Shown here: piece by piece, positions 63,660 through 64,000 of the stretch | Layout of the letters: the number at the start of each line of letters is the position of its first letter | How positions within the stretch are numbered: position 1 is the stretch's first letter | Assembly: GCF_009834535.1 (NCBI RefSeq) | Contig: NC_045697.1 | Location: forward strand, 10,108,001-10,172,000 | DNA: 64,000 nucleotides | Reading direction: 5' to 3' | DNA from: Camelus ferus | Taxonomy: Eukaryota | The notes under the pieces: generated by a model | Database searches by the model: none | Seen by the model: the letters and a program-made list of their open reading frames with translations, nothing else | What the model was told of the DNA's origin: nothing | Made by a program: the position numbers and the translations under genes

Positions 63660-64000
63660 AACATACGCTGTGTTTCCCCAAAACTCGTATGCTGACAGCT
63701 AACCTTCAATGCCACTACATTTAGAGACAGAGATTTTAGGAGGAAATTAAGGTTAGATGAGGTCTTAAGGGTGGGGCCTAACCTGATAGGACCGATGGCT
63801 CTGTAAGAGGAGAAAGAGGGAGCTTTCCGCCTGCGCGACCCACGCGCACTAAGCAAGCCCACGTGAGGACTAGGCCCGCAGGCTCCGCCGAGGGAGGGAG
63901 AGAGCCCTCCAGGAACAGTCAGCCGGCAACTCGGCTTAGGCTACCAGCCTTCAGAACGGTGAGAAAATAAACCTCTACTGTTTAAGCCGCCCCGTCTACG
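63660..64000 (+). mobile_element. MaLR LTR (MLT1A/B-like), runs off the window end
   Basis: tgtgtttccccaaaa...aattaaggttagatgaggtc...cagccttcagaacggtgagaaaataaa...tttaagccgccc, the same family motifs as 2385-2758. Confidence 0.8.

Overview
This is mammalian genomic DNA, most likely camelid (camel or alpaca), judged from two Vic-1-like tRNA-Ala-derived SINEs. It is mostly intronic and intergenic sequence dense in L1, L2, MIR, MaLR LTR and DNA-transposon remnants. The only real protein-coding gene is C1QTNF7 (CTRP7) on the + strand, with coding exons at 37612-37849 and 41344-41976. As written, the last coding exon carries one extra base at 41744/41745. This shifts the frame inside the C1q globular domain and gives a premature TGA at 41769-41771 (221 aa). 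Removing one base restores a 289-aa protein. The extra base could be a real loss-of-function allele or a consensus artefact at a heterozygous AAC/AAT site. Other observations worth checking are: a candidate 5' exon ending at 29091 that would create a 104-aa out-of-frame ORF overlapping the CTRP7 start; a crossed inverted-repeat structure at 36642-36727; two 5'-inverted (twin-primed) L1 insertions; an internally deleted L1; a CpG-retaining CTCF-like site near 56.6 kb; and a CpG-rich LTR at the right edge that suggests a nearby CpG-island promoter. I cannot support a claim of a wholly new biological system here. Nearly all other ORFs in the track are spurious or L1 remnants. Repeat family names and many repeat boundaries are by eye and approximate.
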